Source: a virus
Virus genome (UHGV): UHGV-0205279
Length of the DNA: 45,942 nt
Reading direction: 5' to 3' (one strand)
The position numbers and the translations under genes were made by a program. The notes beneath the pieces were generated by a model. The model was given only the letters and a program-made list of their open reading frames with translations, made no database searches and was not told the origin of the DNA. This document shows, one piece after another, positions 16,598-25,279 of this stretch (the stretch's first letter is position 1; the number at the start of each line of letters is the position of its first letter).

Positions 16598-17507
16598 TAG
16601 TTTTGATTAAAGCTAATTTGATGTTTTGAAGTACATCTTCAGATACATATGCATTTCCAGAAATAGTAAAATGATTTAACTTTGCTACTTTCAGTTTGCT
16701 TACTGACTTAATATCTGATATGACTCCAAAAGATTGTTTATTATACTTTCGTAATTGTTCAGTAACATATATTAATTGATCAACGATATCTGTACATGTT
16801 TTCAGCTGTTTAATTATTTCTTTTTGAAATAAAATAATTGTTTCAAGAAAAGAAACAAGTTTAAAAATAGTTGGATACTTTTCCCACGAATTTGTTTTTT
16901 TGATTTCTAAAAGTAAATTTTCTAAATCTGGATGTCTTTTTGTAATATCAATACTTCGATTGCTTTTTAAAAGGGAAGAAATATCGATATGTTGATTTTT
17001 AAAAAATTCCATTTCTTCTGCAGAAAAAGAAAAACTATCACCAGAATTGTTTTTTCTAAAAGTTTTAAGTCTTTTATCTAGAATTTTGATTTTTCTTTTT
17101 AATTCTTTAACACGGTTATTACCTAATTCAATTATTCCGTTCATTAGTCCATAACCCAAGTCGATATATCCTCTATGATAATGAGATGAAAGAGGTACAA
17201 CTAGGATCTTACTTTTATATTTCGTGTCATTATTGGATATCACTATTCCGAAATGTCTGCCACCTAGTTCAGTTCCAACAGGGACACCATAATCAATCAT
17301 TACTATAGTTCCTTGTTTAAATTTTCTATAATACTTAGGTGATTTACCATGTAATTCTTTGTCTAACTCATATCCATAGAAATTCATCCAATTAGGTAGA
17401 CGTGAGATCTTCCAATTATTAGGATCGCCTTCATAATAGACGGAATTAAACTTAGCAAGCTTTTGTCTTTTTTCGGTATTAGTATATCTTCGTTTATATT
17501 CAGACAT
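16590..17507 (-). CDS. PemK/MazF-fold endoribonuclease-like protein with a large helical insertion
   Basis: KQGTIVMIDYG...GTELGGRHFGIVISNN...ILVVPLSS and C-terminal SDIKSVSKLKV motifs, separated by about 140 helical residues. Confidence 0.8.
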   Translation of the reverse strand: MSEYKRRYTNTEKRQKLAKFNSVYYEGDPNNWKISRLPNWMNFYGYELDKELHGKSPKYYRKFKQGTIVMIDYGVPVGTELGGRHFGIVISNNDTKYKSKILVVPLSSHYHRGYIDLGYGLMNGIIELGNNRVKELKRKIKILDKRLKTFRKNNSGDSFSFSAEEMEFFKNQHIDISSLLKSNRSIDITKRHPDLENLLLEIKKTNSWEKYPTIFKLVSFLETIILFQKEIIKQLKTCTDIVDQLIYVTEQLRKYNKQSFGVISDIKSVSKLKVAKLNHFTISGNAYVSEDVLQNIKLALIKTIE

Positions 17508-17546
17508 ATTTTTAATATTCCTTATTTTTATTTTTTAGTTTGATTA

Positions 17547-18224
17547 CTACATATCAAACCCAACATGAATAGCTTTACCTAGGATACGACCTGGATTGTC
17601 TTTGTTTAAGATGATCGGGTCGTATTTTGTGTTTATAGGATAAAGAAATACATCTTTCCCAACATGCTTAACCTTCTTTAAAGTGGCTCTGGTATCATCA
17701 TCAACCTGAACGGCTGCAATTTCATCGTCTTCAATAGTAGGCTGCTTATGGATAAGAACAAGGGCACCGTCTGGAATAAGTGGTTCCATCGAATCACCTT
17801 GGCATCTTAGTGCAAAAAGTTCATCTTTTTTCGGTTCTTCTTCAAATAATTCATGAGTGTAGCCCTCAATGTTCTGTTCGGCCAAGATAGGTTCACCGCA
17901 TGCGATTGTTCCTATAATAGGAACTCGAACGTAATGCATCCCTGATGTGTCGATAGAATTGGAGGGAGTAGGTTCTGAATCTAGTTCAAAAGAATATCTT
18001 GGATCTATATCACTTTTTTTAACATTTAATGCTAAAGCGAGTTTTTCCAAGTTTCCAGCATTAGGAGTGGATTTTTCTCGAAGATAACCGGATAACGTTG
18101 TAAGAGGTATACCAGCTTTTCTGGCTAATTCAGATTGTGTCATTCCATGCATATATTCTTTTAAATTAGCAGATATTAACTTTCGAGCGGCTTGTTCGAA
18201 AGCTGATAATTTATTTCTCGGCAT
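17547..18224 (-). CDS. cI: CI-like repressor (XRE HTH plus S24 autopeptidase)
   Basis: HTH TQSELARKAGIPLTTLSGY; IACG cleavage site; GDSM and TLKK catalytic motifs. Confidence 0.95.
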   Translation of the reverse strand: MPRNKLSAFEQAARKLISANLKEYMHGMTQSELARKAGIPLTTLSGYLREKSTPNAGNLEKLALALNVKKSDIDPRYSFELDSEPTPSNSIDTSGMHYVRVPIIGTIACGEPILAEQNIEGYTHELFEEEPKKDELFALRCQGDSMEPLIPDGALVLIHKQPTIEDDEIAAVQVDDDTRATLKKVKHVGKDVFLYPINTKYDPIILNKDNPGRILGKAIHVGFDM

Positions 18225-18291
18225 TATTTAGCCTCCTTTCTCTAACTGATCTTAAAACTAAACTTTTAAGATTAATTGAGTTTATGCCTAT

Positions 18292-18378
18292 ATTATAATA
18301 GAAATTTCGTAGTTGTATTCATTTTTATACAAAAATACTAGTTTATTAGTTGACATTACGAATAAACTAGTATAATAT
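18292..18378. promoter_or_regulatory. Genetic switch: divergent promoters and operators
   Basis: Rightward TTGACA-17-TAATAT (18350-18378); leftward -10 TATAAT (18292-18297); TACGA-N6-TAGTA-like boxes at 18296, 18336 and 18357. Confidence 0.75.
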
Positions 18379-18409
18379 AAAATCGAACTTGAACGAGAGG
18401 AGGAAATAT

Positions 18410-18655
18410 ATGAGTCAAAAAGATGTGAAACTTACGCTCGAAGCGGCTCGAATAAATGCAGGATATACACAGGCTCAAGCTGCGAATGCACTAGGACTAA
18501 AGCCGACAACACTTGCAGGTTGGGAAAAGGATAGCACTAGATTGTCATATATAGAAGCACATAGATTAGCTAAGTTATATGGAATAACTCCTGATTTGCT
18601 TTTTTTTGGCAAAAAATACGATTTTATTAGTAGAATGAAGAAAGAGAGAAAGTAA
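18410..18655 (+). CDS. cro: Cro-like HTH protein
   Basis: GAGGAGG before ATG 18410; LTLEAARINAGYTQAQAA HTH; divergent from cI. Confidence 0.88.
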   Translation: MSQKDVKLTLEAARINAGYTQAQAANALGLKPTTLAGWEKDSTRLSYIEAHRLAKLYGITPDLLFFGKKYDFISRMKKERK

Positions 18656-19452
18656 TGAATAATCAATTGAAAGTTCTAGGTACAGAACATATCGGTAAGA
18701 TTACATTCACTGGAATTGAGGGTGGATTTGGACCAGGTAAGAAAGCAATTTTAGCAAAAGACACTGCTAGAATTCATAATCAGCCAGTTGGAGAAATCAA
18801 TAGAAGAATCAATAACAATCGTAAGTGGTTTAAAGACGGTGTCGATATTATTGACCTGAAATCCGTTATGGCTCAAAACCATAACGAAATTGGATTTACC
18901 CAAAATGCTTGGAATCGTGCTAAGAACATCTATCTATTATCTGAGCGTGGATATGCCAAACTTCTAAAAATTCTTGATGACGATAAAGCTTGGGAGATCT
19001 ATGACGAATTAGTAGATAACTACTTCAATATGCGAGTAGCAATTAAAGAAAAGAGACCGGCGATTGTTAACCAAGAACGTCTAAGAATTATGAAAGATAA
19101 TTCAGCTACAAGAAGAGCAAATATTCTTTACAAAATAGCAATGGCAACTGAATCAACTAGTTCAAAGGAAGCTTTATTGGCAAAAGCAGCTGAAGTCTTA
19201 ACTGGTGAAATGACCATTCCAGTTATGAAAATTAAATATTACAGTGCAGGAGAAGTTGGAAAGAAGTTAGGCATTAGTGCCCAAAAGGTAGGTCGTATTG
19301 CTAATAAATTGGGATTAAAGGCTGAACAGCCGGGACAAAACAAGTACGGTCGCTGGGCTAATAGCAAGTCTCAATATTCCGATAAAGAAGTTCCGCAATG
19401 GCTTTATACTGATGAAGGGATAAAAGCAGTTAAGAAAGAATTGGAGGAATAA
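18655..19452 (+). CDS. Antirepressor (ORF6N-domain)
   Basis: GIEGGFG...IYLLSERGYAKLLKILDDDKAWEIYDELVDNYF; C-terminal YSAGEVGKKLGISAQKVGRIAN. Confidence 0.88.
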   Translation: MNNQLKVLGTEHIGKITFTGIEGGFGPGKKAILAKDTARIHNQPVGEINRRINNNRKWFKDGVDIIDLKSVMAQNHNEIGFTQNAWNRAKNIYLLSERGYAKLLKILDDDKAWEIYDELVDNYFNMRVAIKEKRPAIVNQERLRIMKDNSATRRANILYKIAMATESTSSKEALLAKAAEVLTGEMTIPVMKIKYYSAGEVGKKLGISAQKVGRIANKLGLKAEQPGQNKYGRWANSKSQYSDKEVPQWLYTDEGIKAVKKELEE

Positions 19453-19454
19453 TT

Positions 19455-19667
19455 ATGAATTATGAAAACGTAAAAGATGCGCTTAAAGAATTAGTTAGTT
19501 TGAATGATCCTAATACAACATTTGGCAAGGTCTCAACAGTCATTGATTCAGGAGTGAAGACTGATGAAAGAAAATTCAAGTTAAAAGATCTTCAAGAGTC
19601 TAACTATGAATTGTTAGCTAATGTATGTGACTTACTGGGTATGAGTGAGATTTATCTTGATGATTGA
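19455..19667 (+). CDS. Hypothetical protein
   Basis: GGAGG RBS; in the early operon. Confidence 0.7.
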   Translation: MNYENVKDALKELVSLNDPNTTFGKVSTVIDSGVKTDERKFKLKDLQESNYELLANVCDLLGMSEIYLDD

Positions 19668-19693
19668 GGACTAGGAAATGAAGGTGAAATAAG

Positions 19694-19921
19694 ATGATGG
19701 ATGAATTACTTGATAGCTACGCAGAAATTGCTTTTTTACTTTTACAAATGATCTGTTAGATACTCTTCTATCTGAATTTGAAAGTAATAAAAAACTCGCT
19801 CTTTCTTACAAGAATAATTAGCAACCAACTCCCTGCTGATGCTAAATATTCTTTAAAAGATAGAAACGAGTTGATAAAAATCCTGATTAAGCAATTAGAA
19901 CAAGAAGCACTTAATCAGTAA
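19694..19921 (+). pseudogene. Probable frameshifted small gene (MMDELLDSYAEIAF...LIKQLEQEALNQ)
   Basis: AGGTG RBS; protein-like frame segments join if homopolymers T6 (about 19732) and A6 (about 19789) are adjusted. Confidence 0.4.
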
Positions 19922-20171
19922 TTTTTACGACTGAAGAAGTTTTATAAAGAGCTCCATGACTAAAAGAAATCCACTCTGATTGACTGATAAGTCCTTGAAG
20001 TCCGATTTTGGGATCAGAAGTAGCTATTTCTGTGGAAGATAAAGTACCTGCAAAAACATAACTTGCATAGTACAGACCATCAATTTTTTCTGTTATCCAG
20101 GCTCGAATAATGTCATTTTGACCAACAGAAACTTCTTCACCGTTAGAAAACGTAATTTTCATTGTCATCAA
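19911..20171 (-). CDS. Hypothetical protein (leftward accessory gene)
   Basis: AAGGAGGTG RBS upstream on the minus strand. Confidence 0.7.
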   Translation of the reverse strand: MMTMKITFSNGEEVSVGQNDIIRAWITEKIDGLYYASYVFAGTLSSTEIATSDPKIGLQGLISQSEWISFSHGALYKTSSVVKITD

Positions 20172-20286
20172 ATCACCTCCTTATTATCAGATGAGTTTAG
20201 TTTAGCAGAAAATGAGGTGAACAAAGTATGGATATAAGAAGTGCGATAAACGAAGCAAAAAAAGAAGCCTAATTAAGGCTTCTGGA

Positions 20287-20809
20287 TTAATTATTATGTT
20301 TGAGTTGATAATCCAGTGCAATTAACATATCACTATTTGGTAAAACTCGATTTACATTAAGAGACTGCTCATATCTAACGCCATCAACTATATAAATAAG
20401 AATTAGATTATTAGTCAATTTAAAGTTATTCAAATGCTGAAAGCAAATTATAGGACTGGAACTAGACCTAGCTGGAATATTAATAGGAGTAACGTCTGAC
20501 CAACAAATTTTTTCTTTATTATCAATCGTTTGACTTAATAAACGTGCATGATGCCAAGATGATTCAACTATATCATCATTATTTTTCAAAAATATGTGAG
20601 TTAAGGTAGCTGGACGGGACGACATATTACTAATTAATAAACTTACATTTAATTGTGTAGATACTTCATGAACCCATCGTATATAAAGCTTAATTTTGAT
20701 GTGTTTTTCGTAATAGGTATTAATCGCAGAATAAAGCGAAAGCAAAAAGGCTAATGAAGCAACAATAACAGAAATAATTTCATAAAGAGTCAAAGTGAGG
20801 TCCCCCATG
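20287..20809 (-). CDS. N-terminally membrane-anchored hypothetical protein (leftward accessory gene); start uncertain
   Basis: TM IISVIVASLAFLLSLY followed by a beta-rich domain; AT-rich; upstream extended -10 elements. Confidence 0.7.
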
Positions 20810-20896
20810 GATAAAAATACACAAAAAAATATTGCCATTTCAATTATAGCAATGATTCTGTCAATTATAGCAATTATATTAGCGCTTATTGGTTAA
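20807..20896 (+). CDS. 29-aa hydrophobic peptide MDKNTQKNIAISIIAMILSIIAIILALIG
   Basis: GAGG RBS; single TM; ends just before the next gene. Confidence 0.45.
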   Translation: MDKNTQKNIAISIIAMILSIIAIILALIG

Positions 20897-20905
20897 AAGA
20901 GTGAG

Positions 20906-21103
20906 GTGAAAAAAATGCCAACAATCGAACCAGGAAGAGACCTAATTAAAAAGTATTTAAAAGAAAATAGTATAAGCATTTCAAAACTAGCTAGTGCCTA
21001 CGGCATTCCTAAACAAGATGTAACAGATTATCTTTCAGGACGCATTAAAGCACCTAAAGGAAATCGGTTCATCTTAAAGGCAATTAGAGATTTCAACTTA
21101 TAA
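20906..21103 (+). CDS. Small HTH protein
   Basis: ISISKLASAYGIPKQDVTDYLSG. Confidence 0.75.
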   Translation: MKKMPTIEPGRDLIKKYLKENSISISKLASAYGIPKQDVTDYLSGRIKAPKGNRFILKAIRDFNL

Positions 21104-21115
21104 GAGGTGCTTAGA

Positions 21116-21331
21116 ATGGCTGATATTTTAACGCCTAAAGAGATTCAAAAGAAGTACGGCTGGTCATACTCAACATGGCGTAGAAGACGTGAGGAATGTC
21201 AAATTTCACCATATAAAGATGCAATTATAATGGAAAGCCAACGAAGATGTCACGTTAAGGCTAAAAGATTTGAAGAGTTCCTAGAGTGGAAGTCACAGCA
21301 AATTTATAATGAACAATTTGGTTTAGTTTAG
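21116..21331 (+). CDS. Excisionase-like winged-HTH protein
   Basis: ILTPKEIQKKYGWSYSTWRR...FEEFLEWK pattern; GAGGTG RBS. Confidence 0.6.
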   Translation: MADILTPKEIQKKYGWSYSTWRRRREECQISPYKDAIIMESQRRCHVKAKRFEEFLEWKSQQIYNEQFGLV

Positions 21332-21340
21332 GAGTCAATT

Positions 21341-21490
21341 ATGAGCAAGTGGATTAATTACAAAATTAATAAATTTATGGGCACTGATTTCACTATTAGA
21401 GAAACAGAACTAGCAACTATGTTTACTGCAATTCTAGCATTAGTTTCATTTACATTCGTTATGTACAATGCAATTTTTCCGAATATCTAA
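21341..21490 (+). CDS. 49-aa membrane peptide (MSKWINYKINKFMG...)
   Basis: AGGAG RBS; C-terminal TM; not in the ORF track. Confidence 0.6.
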   Translation: MSKWINYKINKFMGTDFTIRETELATMFTAILALVSFTFVMYNAIFPNI

Positions 21491-21500
21491 GAGGTAAATA

Positions 21501-21650
21501 ATGAAACGTTTAAGCGAACTATTACAAGGGATTAATCATACCAATCCGTTGAAAGAAAGCAATGAAGCAAAACTATTGTGCAGTAACGCGTACTACAAAT
21601 ATAGAGAGGTGGTAGAACCGTGGAAGCAAAAACAGGCAAAGAACTACTAG
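21501..21650 (+). CDS. 49-aa hypothetical protein (MKRLSELLQG...)
   Basis: GAGGT RBS; fills the operon gap. Confidence 0.55.
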   Translation: MKRLSELLQGINHTNPLKESNEAKLLCSNAYYKYREVVEPWKQKQAKNY

Positions 21651-21964
21651 GTGCAATTCATGATAATGAGAAAATGGAACGCATTAATCGACTAAAAGGT
21701 ACTGATTCACTAGCGGTGTGGTGTGGTGACAATCTGTACATCATTAGTAATTCAGAAACGGAATCTGATTTTCACACGTCAGTCGAATTTCTAAAAAATC
21801 GTTTGAATTTACTAGGAACATCTGAGTTCTGTGACGAGATAGATACAACTGAAAAAGATTTCTTTGAAGAAATCCTAGATGCAATCGACGATGAATGGAC
21901 GGATGAGTACATTCAAGAAGTTCTAACAGATTGCTACCACATGGAGGACTTAAGCCATGAGTGA
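21620..21964 (+). CDS. Acidic hypothetical protein
   Basis: ORF with GAGGTGG RBS in the early operon. Confidence 0.7.
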   Translation: MEAKTGKELLGAIHDNEKMERINRLKGTDSLAVWCGDNLYIISNSETESDFHTSVEFLKNRLNLLGTSEFCDEIDTTEKDFFEEILDAIDDEWTDEYIQEVLTDCYHMEDLSHE

Positions 21965-22223
21965 TGAATTTAGAAAGTGGCAATACGATACTGAGCAGGC
22001 TATCAAAGAATGGCCCAACAAGTTAGTTCACGAGGCTCTTAAGCAAAGCAATGGCTATATCGGTAAAGCTAAAAGATGGTTAAAAAGCAAGCGTCCGGAT
22101 AATCTAGATAGTTTTCATGGAAAACCAGAAGAACAATTTATTGTCACGATTAGAGCAGTTTATGATGAAGCAATTATTAAATTAGGGAAAATAGCAGATA
22201 AACAGAAAGTAGATGAGTACTAA
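21957..22223 (+). CDS. Hypothetical protein
   Basis: GGAGG RBS; overlaps neighbours. Confidence 0.7.
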   Translation: MSDEFRKWQYDTEQAIKEWPNKLVHEALKQSNGYIGKAKRWLKSKRPDNLDSFHGKPEEQFIVTIRAVYDEAIIKLGKIADKQKVDEY

Positions 22224-22894
22224 TGCCAGCATTTAAATGGGACGAGGATAAAGGTACTAAGTATCGTTGGCTTGTATATGGCGTGCCTGGTGTTGGAAAA
22301 ACAACTTTGAGTAAATATTTAAAAGGTAAAACTTACCTGCTTAGTCTTGACGATAGCTTCCACAGAATTGATTTCTGGAAAGGTAAAACAGATATTTGGG
22401 CTATTGACCCAGAAAAAACGATTGAAGACTTAGCGGACTTTGTAAAAAACTTTAAGCCAGATGATTACGATAACTTGATTATTGATAATGTCAGCAATTT
22501 GCAGAAACTATTCTTTATTGAAAAAGCCAGAGAGACCAGAACCGGTTTAGACAATAAAATGTCCGACTACAACGAGTGGACCACACTAATTACCAGATTT
22601 ATTGCTAAGTGCTTTAGCTGGAATATCAATATCTTCGTCACTGCATGGGAGGCTCAAACTAAAGTAACTGATCCTAGCGGTCAAGAATTTATGCAGTATG
22701 GTCCGGATATTAGACCTAATCCTAGAGATTATATTTTAGGCAACTGTGATGTCGTAGCTCGTATGGTTCAAAAGCCACAGTCAGGAGAGCGTGGTCTGAT
22801 TATGCAGGGAAGTATAGATACCTATGCTAAAAATCGCTTAGACGAGCGACAAGGTAGCAAGGTAGAGGATTTCTTTGAGGAGGTTAAAAAATGA
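22223..22894 (+). CDS. Phage NTP-binding protein (Sak4-like, AAA_24)
   Basis: YGVPGVGKTT Walker A; LIIDN; YAKNRLD. Confidence 0.88.
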   Translation: MPAFKWDEDKGTKYRWLVYGVPGVGKTTLSKYLKGKTYLLSLDDSFHRIDFWKGKTDIWAIDPEKTIEDLADFVKNFKPDDYDNLIIDNVSNLQKLFFIEKARETRTGLDNKMSDYNEWTTLITRFIAKCFSWNINIFVTAWEAQTKVTDPSGQEFMQYGPDIRPNPRDYILGNCDVVARMVQKPQSGERGLIMQGSIDTYAKNRLDERQGSKVEDFFEEVKK

Positions 22895-23217
22895 GTTACT
22901 GGATAGGCTTGGTTGAACCTGACAGAAAACACAGAGAAATTGACGAGTTTGGCGTTCATTGTTCATGGAACTTTCGAAATATGATGGAACACTTGCCGTG
23001 TGGTTGGGTTAGAGATTGGCAAGGTAAGCAGGCTAGCGACATGATCGAGCTAGTACATCAAAGCGTTAGATTAGTAGGGTTGAACCCACGGCAATATCAA
23101 AAATATGAAATTGATAGCAATCGTAATTTAGGCACAGTAATTAATTGCTATGACATCTTAACTAGATGCTATATCGGGTTTATCAAATATCCAGACGGAA
23201 TAATAGCGATAGATTAG
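22891..23217 (+). CDS. Hypothetical protein
   Basis: GAGGAGG RBS; ATGA overlap. Confidence 0.7.
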   Translation: MSYWIGLVEPDRKHREIDEFGVHCSWNFRNMMEHLPCGWVRDWQGKQASDMIELVHQSVRLVGLNPRQYQKYEIDSNRNLGTVINCYDILTRCYIGFIKYPDGIIAID

Positions 23218-23226
23218 GAGATTTTT

Positions 23227-23595
23227 ATGGCGAGAAGATTAAGTGATAAAAAATATAATGCTTTAATGCGAGAGATTAATGCTCAAAAAACAGGTAAGAA
23301 TCTCTTTGTAATACAGCTTAATAAAGATATTGCAGCGGAATTTCAATATACAGGGGTACATAATACTTTTAATTTTGACTTTATCGAATTACCGCTAAAA
23401 GATGCCCTTGGAGTAGGAGGACACTATCATGGATTTCCACCTTGCTTAATACCAATTACTACTAAATTACTAAAAGAATATGTACTACATGAAATGAGTT
23501 GGGACGCTTTTTATCATAGAAGTTTTGGCTTTGGCAATTATTTTACCGAGAAAACGGGTATTGACTACTTAGATTTAGTTGAATGGGAAGCATAA
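23227..23595 (+). CDS. Hypothetical protein
   Basis: AGGAG RBS; in operon. Confidence 0.7.
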   Translation: MARRLSDKKYNALMREINAQKTGKNLFVIQLNKDIAAEFQYTGVHNTFNFDFIELPLKDALGVGGHYHGFPPCLIPITTKLLKEYVLHEMSWDAFYHRSFGFGNYFTEKTGIDYLDLVEWEA

Positions 23596-24959
23596 TGTAT
23601 CAACTATTCGATTATCAACAAAAGCTCGTCGATGGAGCACGCAAAGCATTAGCAAAAGGTCATCAAGGTGTTCTAATTGTGAGTCCTCCTGGTAGCGGAA
23701 AATCAGTAGTAATTGCTGAAATTGCTAGATTGACAACTGAAAAAGGTGGAGAGGTTTTATTCTTTGTTCACCGAAAAGAGTTAGTAAATCAGATTAAGGA
23801 TAGTTTTATTAAACAGGGCGTTAACTTGAATAACTGCACGATTATGACGGTTGGCAAAGTAGCTAACAGATTAAACTACCTACCAAAACCTAATTTAATC
23901 ATTGTAGATGAGTCTCAACACTCAAGAGCTAAAACTTATCTAAAAATATTCAATTACTACTCAGATGTGCCCAGATTGGGCTTTACGGGTAGCCCCTGGC
24001 GGTTATCTGGTAAAGGCTTTAAAGATATCTATTCAGCAATGATTGAAGGCCCAAAAGTTAAATGGTTAATCCAGAATCATAAGCTTGCACCATTTACTAT
24101 GTATGGTTACCGATTAGGCGATGATAGCAAATTAAAGCGTGGTTCAGGTGGAGATTATACCAGTAAATCACTCGATGATTTTGGTAAAACAATTATCCGA
24201 GGAGACATTATAAAAAGCTGGCAGAGGTTTGCTAATGGACGCAAGACAATAGTTTATTGTCACTCAGTACAATTTGCCAAGGAAGTAGCAAAAGCTTTTA
24301 GAGAGGCTAATATTAGTGCTTATGAAGCAGATAGTAAAACACCTGCAAATGAACGCGACAGAATAATGAATGATTTTCGTGAAGGTAAGATTAAAATTCT
24401 TTGCAATTGCGATCTTATTTCCGAGGGGTTCAACGTTCCGGATTGTTCATGCGTGATATTACTTCGACCGACAGAGAGCCTAGTAGTGTACTTGCAACAA
24501 TCTATGAGATGCATGAGGTACCAGCCCAATAAAGATGCAATTATTATTGACCAAGTTGGCAACTTTACTAGGTTGGGCTTACCTAATGCTGACAGAGATT
24601 GGACGTTAGAAGATCGAGCTAAACATCCACAGAGAGAGGGCGGTAGTGATGGACCAGCTATTAAAACTTGTCCGGAATGTTTCGGAGTGATTTTAGCTAG
24701 CTGTCATGAATGTCCTCTATGTGGTCACAGCTTTGAAGCTGAATTTAGAAAGCTTGCACAAGATCGACGTGCTGAATTAGAAAAAATCAATCTTAATGCA
24801 AAAGAATTGCGCGAACGCAAAAAGAAGGAGCAGGAGCTATTGCTTCGTGATCCTAGCACGTTTACCACATTTAAAGAGCTAGCAATTTATGGTAAAGCCA
24901 CAGGACATAAGCCTGGTTGGGCATGGCATATGGCTAAAGCGAAAGGATTAGTTAAATGA
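23595..24959 (+). CDS. SF2 helicase with C-terminal zinc finger
   Basis: SPPGSGKS, IVDESQH, GFTGSP, QQSMRCMR, CPEC/CPLC; start at the TAATG overlap. Confidence 0.93.
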   Translation: MYQLFDYQQKLVDGARKALAKGHQGVLIVSPPGSGKSVVIAEIARLTTEKGGEVLFFVHRKELVNQIKDSFIKQGVNLNNCTIMTVGKVANRLNYLPKPNLIIVDESQHSRAKTYLKIFNYYSDVPRLGFTGSPWRLSGKGFKDIYSAMIEGPKVKWLIQNHKLAPFTMYGYRLGDDSKLKRGSGGDYTSKSLDDFGKTIIRGDIIKSWQRFANGRKTIVYCHSVQFAKEVAKAFREANISAYEADSKTPANERDRIMNDFREGKIKILCNCDLISEGFNVPDCSCVILLRPTESLVVYLQQSMRCMRYQPNKDAIIIDQVGNFTRLGLPNADRDWTLEDRAKHPQREGGSDGPAIKTCPECFGVILASCHECPLCGHSFEAEFRKLAQDRRAELEKINLNAKELRERKKKEQELLLRDPSTFTTFKELAIYGKATGHKPGWAWHMAKAKGLVK

Positions 24960-25114
24960 TTAGAACAAAAATTATTACTGGACCTAAATATGAAAAATGT
25001 GAATTTGAATTTGATATAGAACGTTTTTCTAACCAATTCAATAGAAAGATTATAGATGTTCAATACACATCAAACGTTTCAAACTATGAAGCTATCATTA
25101 CTTACGAGATTTAA
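24956..25114 (+). CDS. 52-aa protein, Cse60/DUF2758-like
   Basis: MIRTKII...KIIDVQY...YEAIITYE; not in the ORF track. Confidence 0.6.
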   Translation: MIRTKIITGPKYEKCEFEFDIERFSNQFNRKIIDVQYTSNVSNYEAIITYEI

Positions 25115-25117
25115 CAA

Positions 25118-25276
25118 ATGACCAAAATAAAAAATAAAGTTTATAAGTTCGATGACGAGCATACAGACCAAATTAATGATTTTATTGCGAATCATAACGT
25201 CATTCGAACTCACGGATATAGTAAAAATTATGAAGCATATTTAAAGATTTATTACAAAGAATATAAGGAGAAATAA
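25118..25276 (+). CDS. 52-aa protein, possibly Cse60/DUF2758-like
   Basis: KIKNKVY...QINDFIANHNVI...LKIYYKE; not in the ORF track. Confidence 0.55.
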   Translation: MTKIKNKVYKFDDEHTDQINDFIANHNVIRTHGYSKNYEAYLKIYYKEYKEK

Positions 25277-25279
25277 ACA

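Noticed and set aside
20228..20272. Naming MDIRSAINEAKKEA as a specific anti-defence gene remnant
   Set aside because: Fourteen codons are too few to assign a family.
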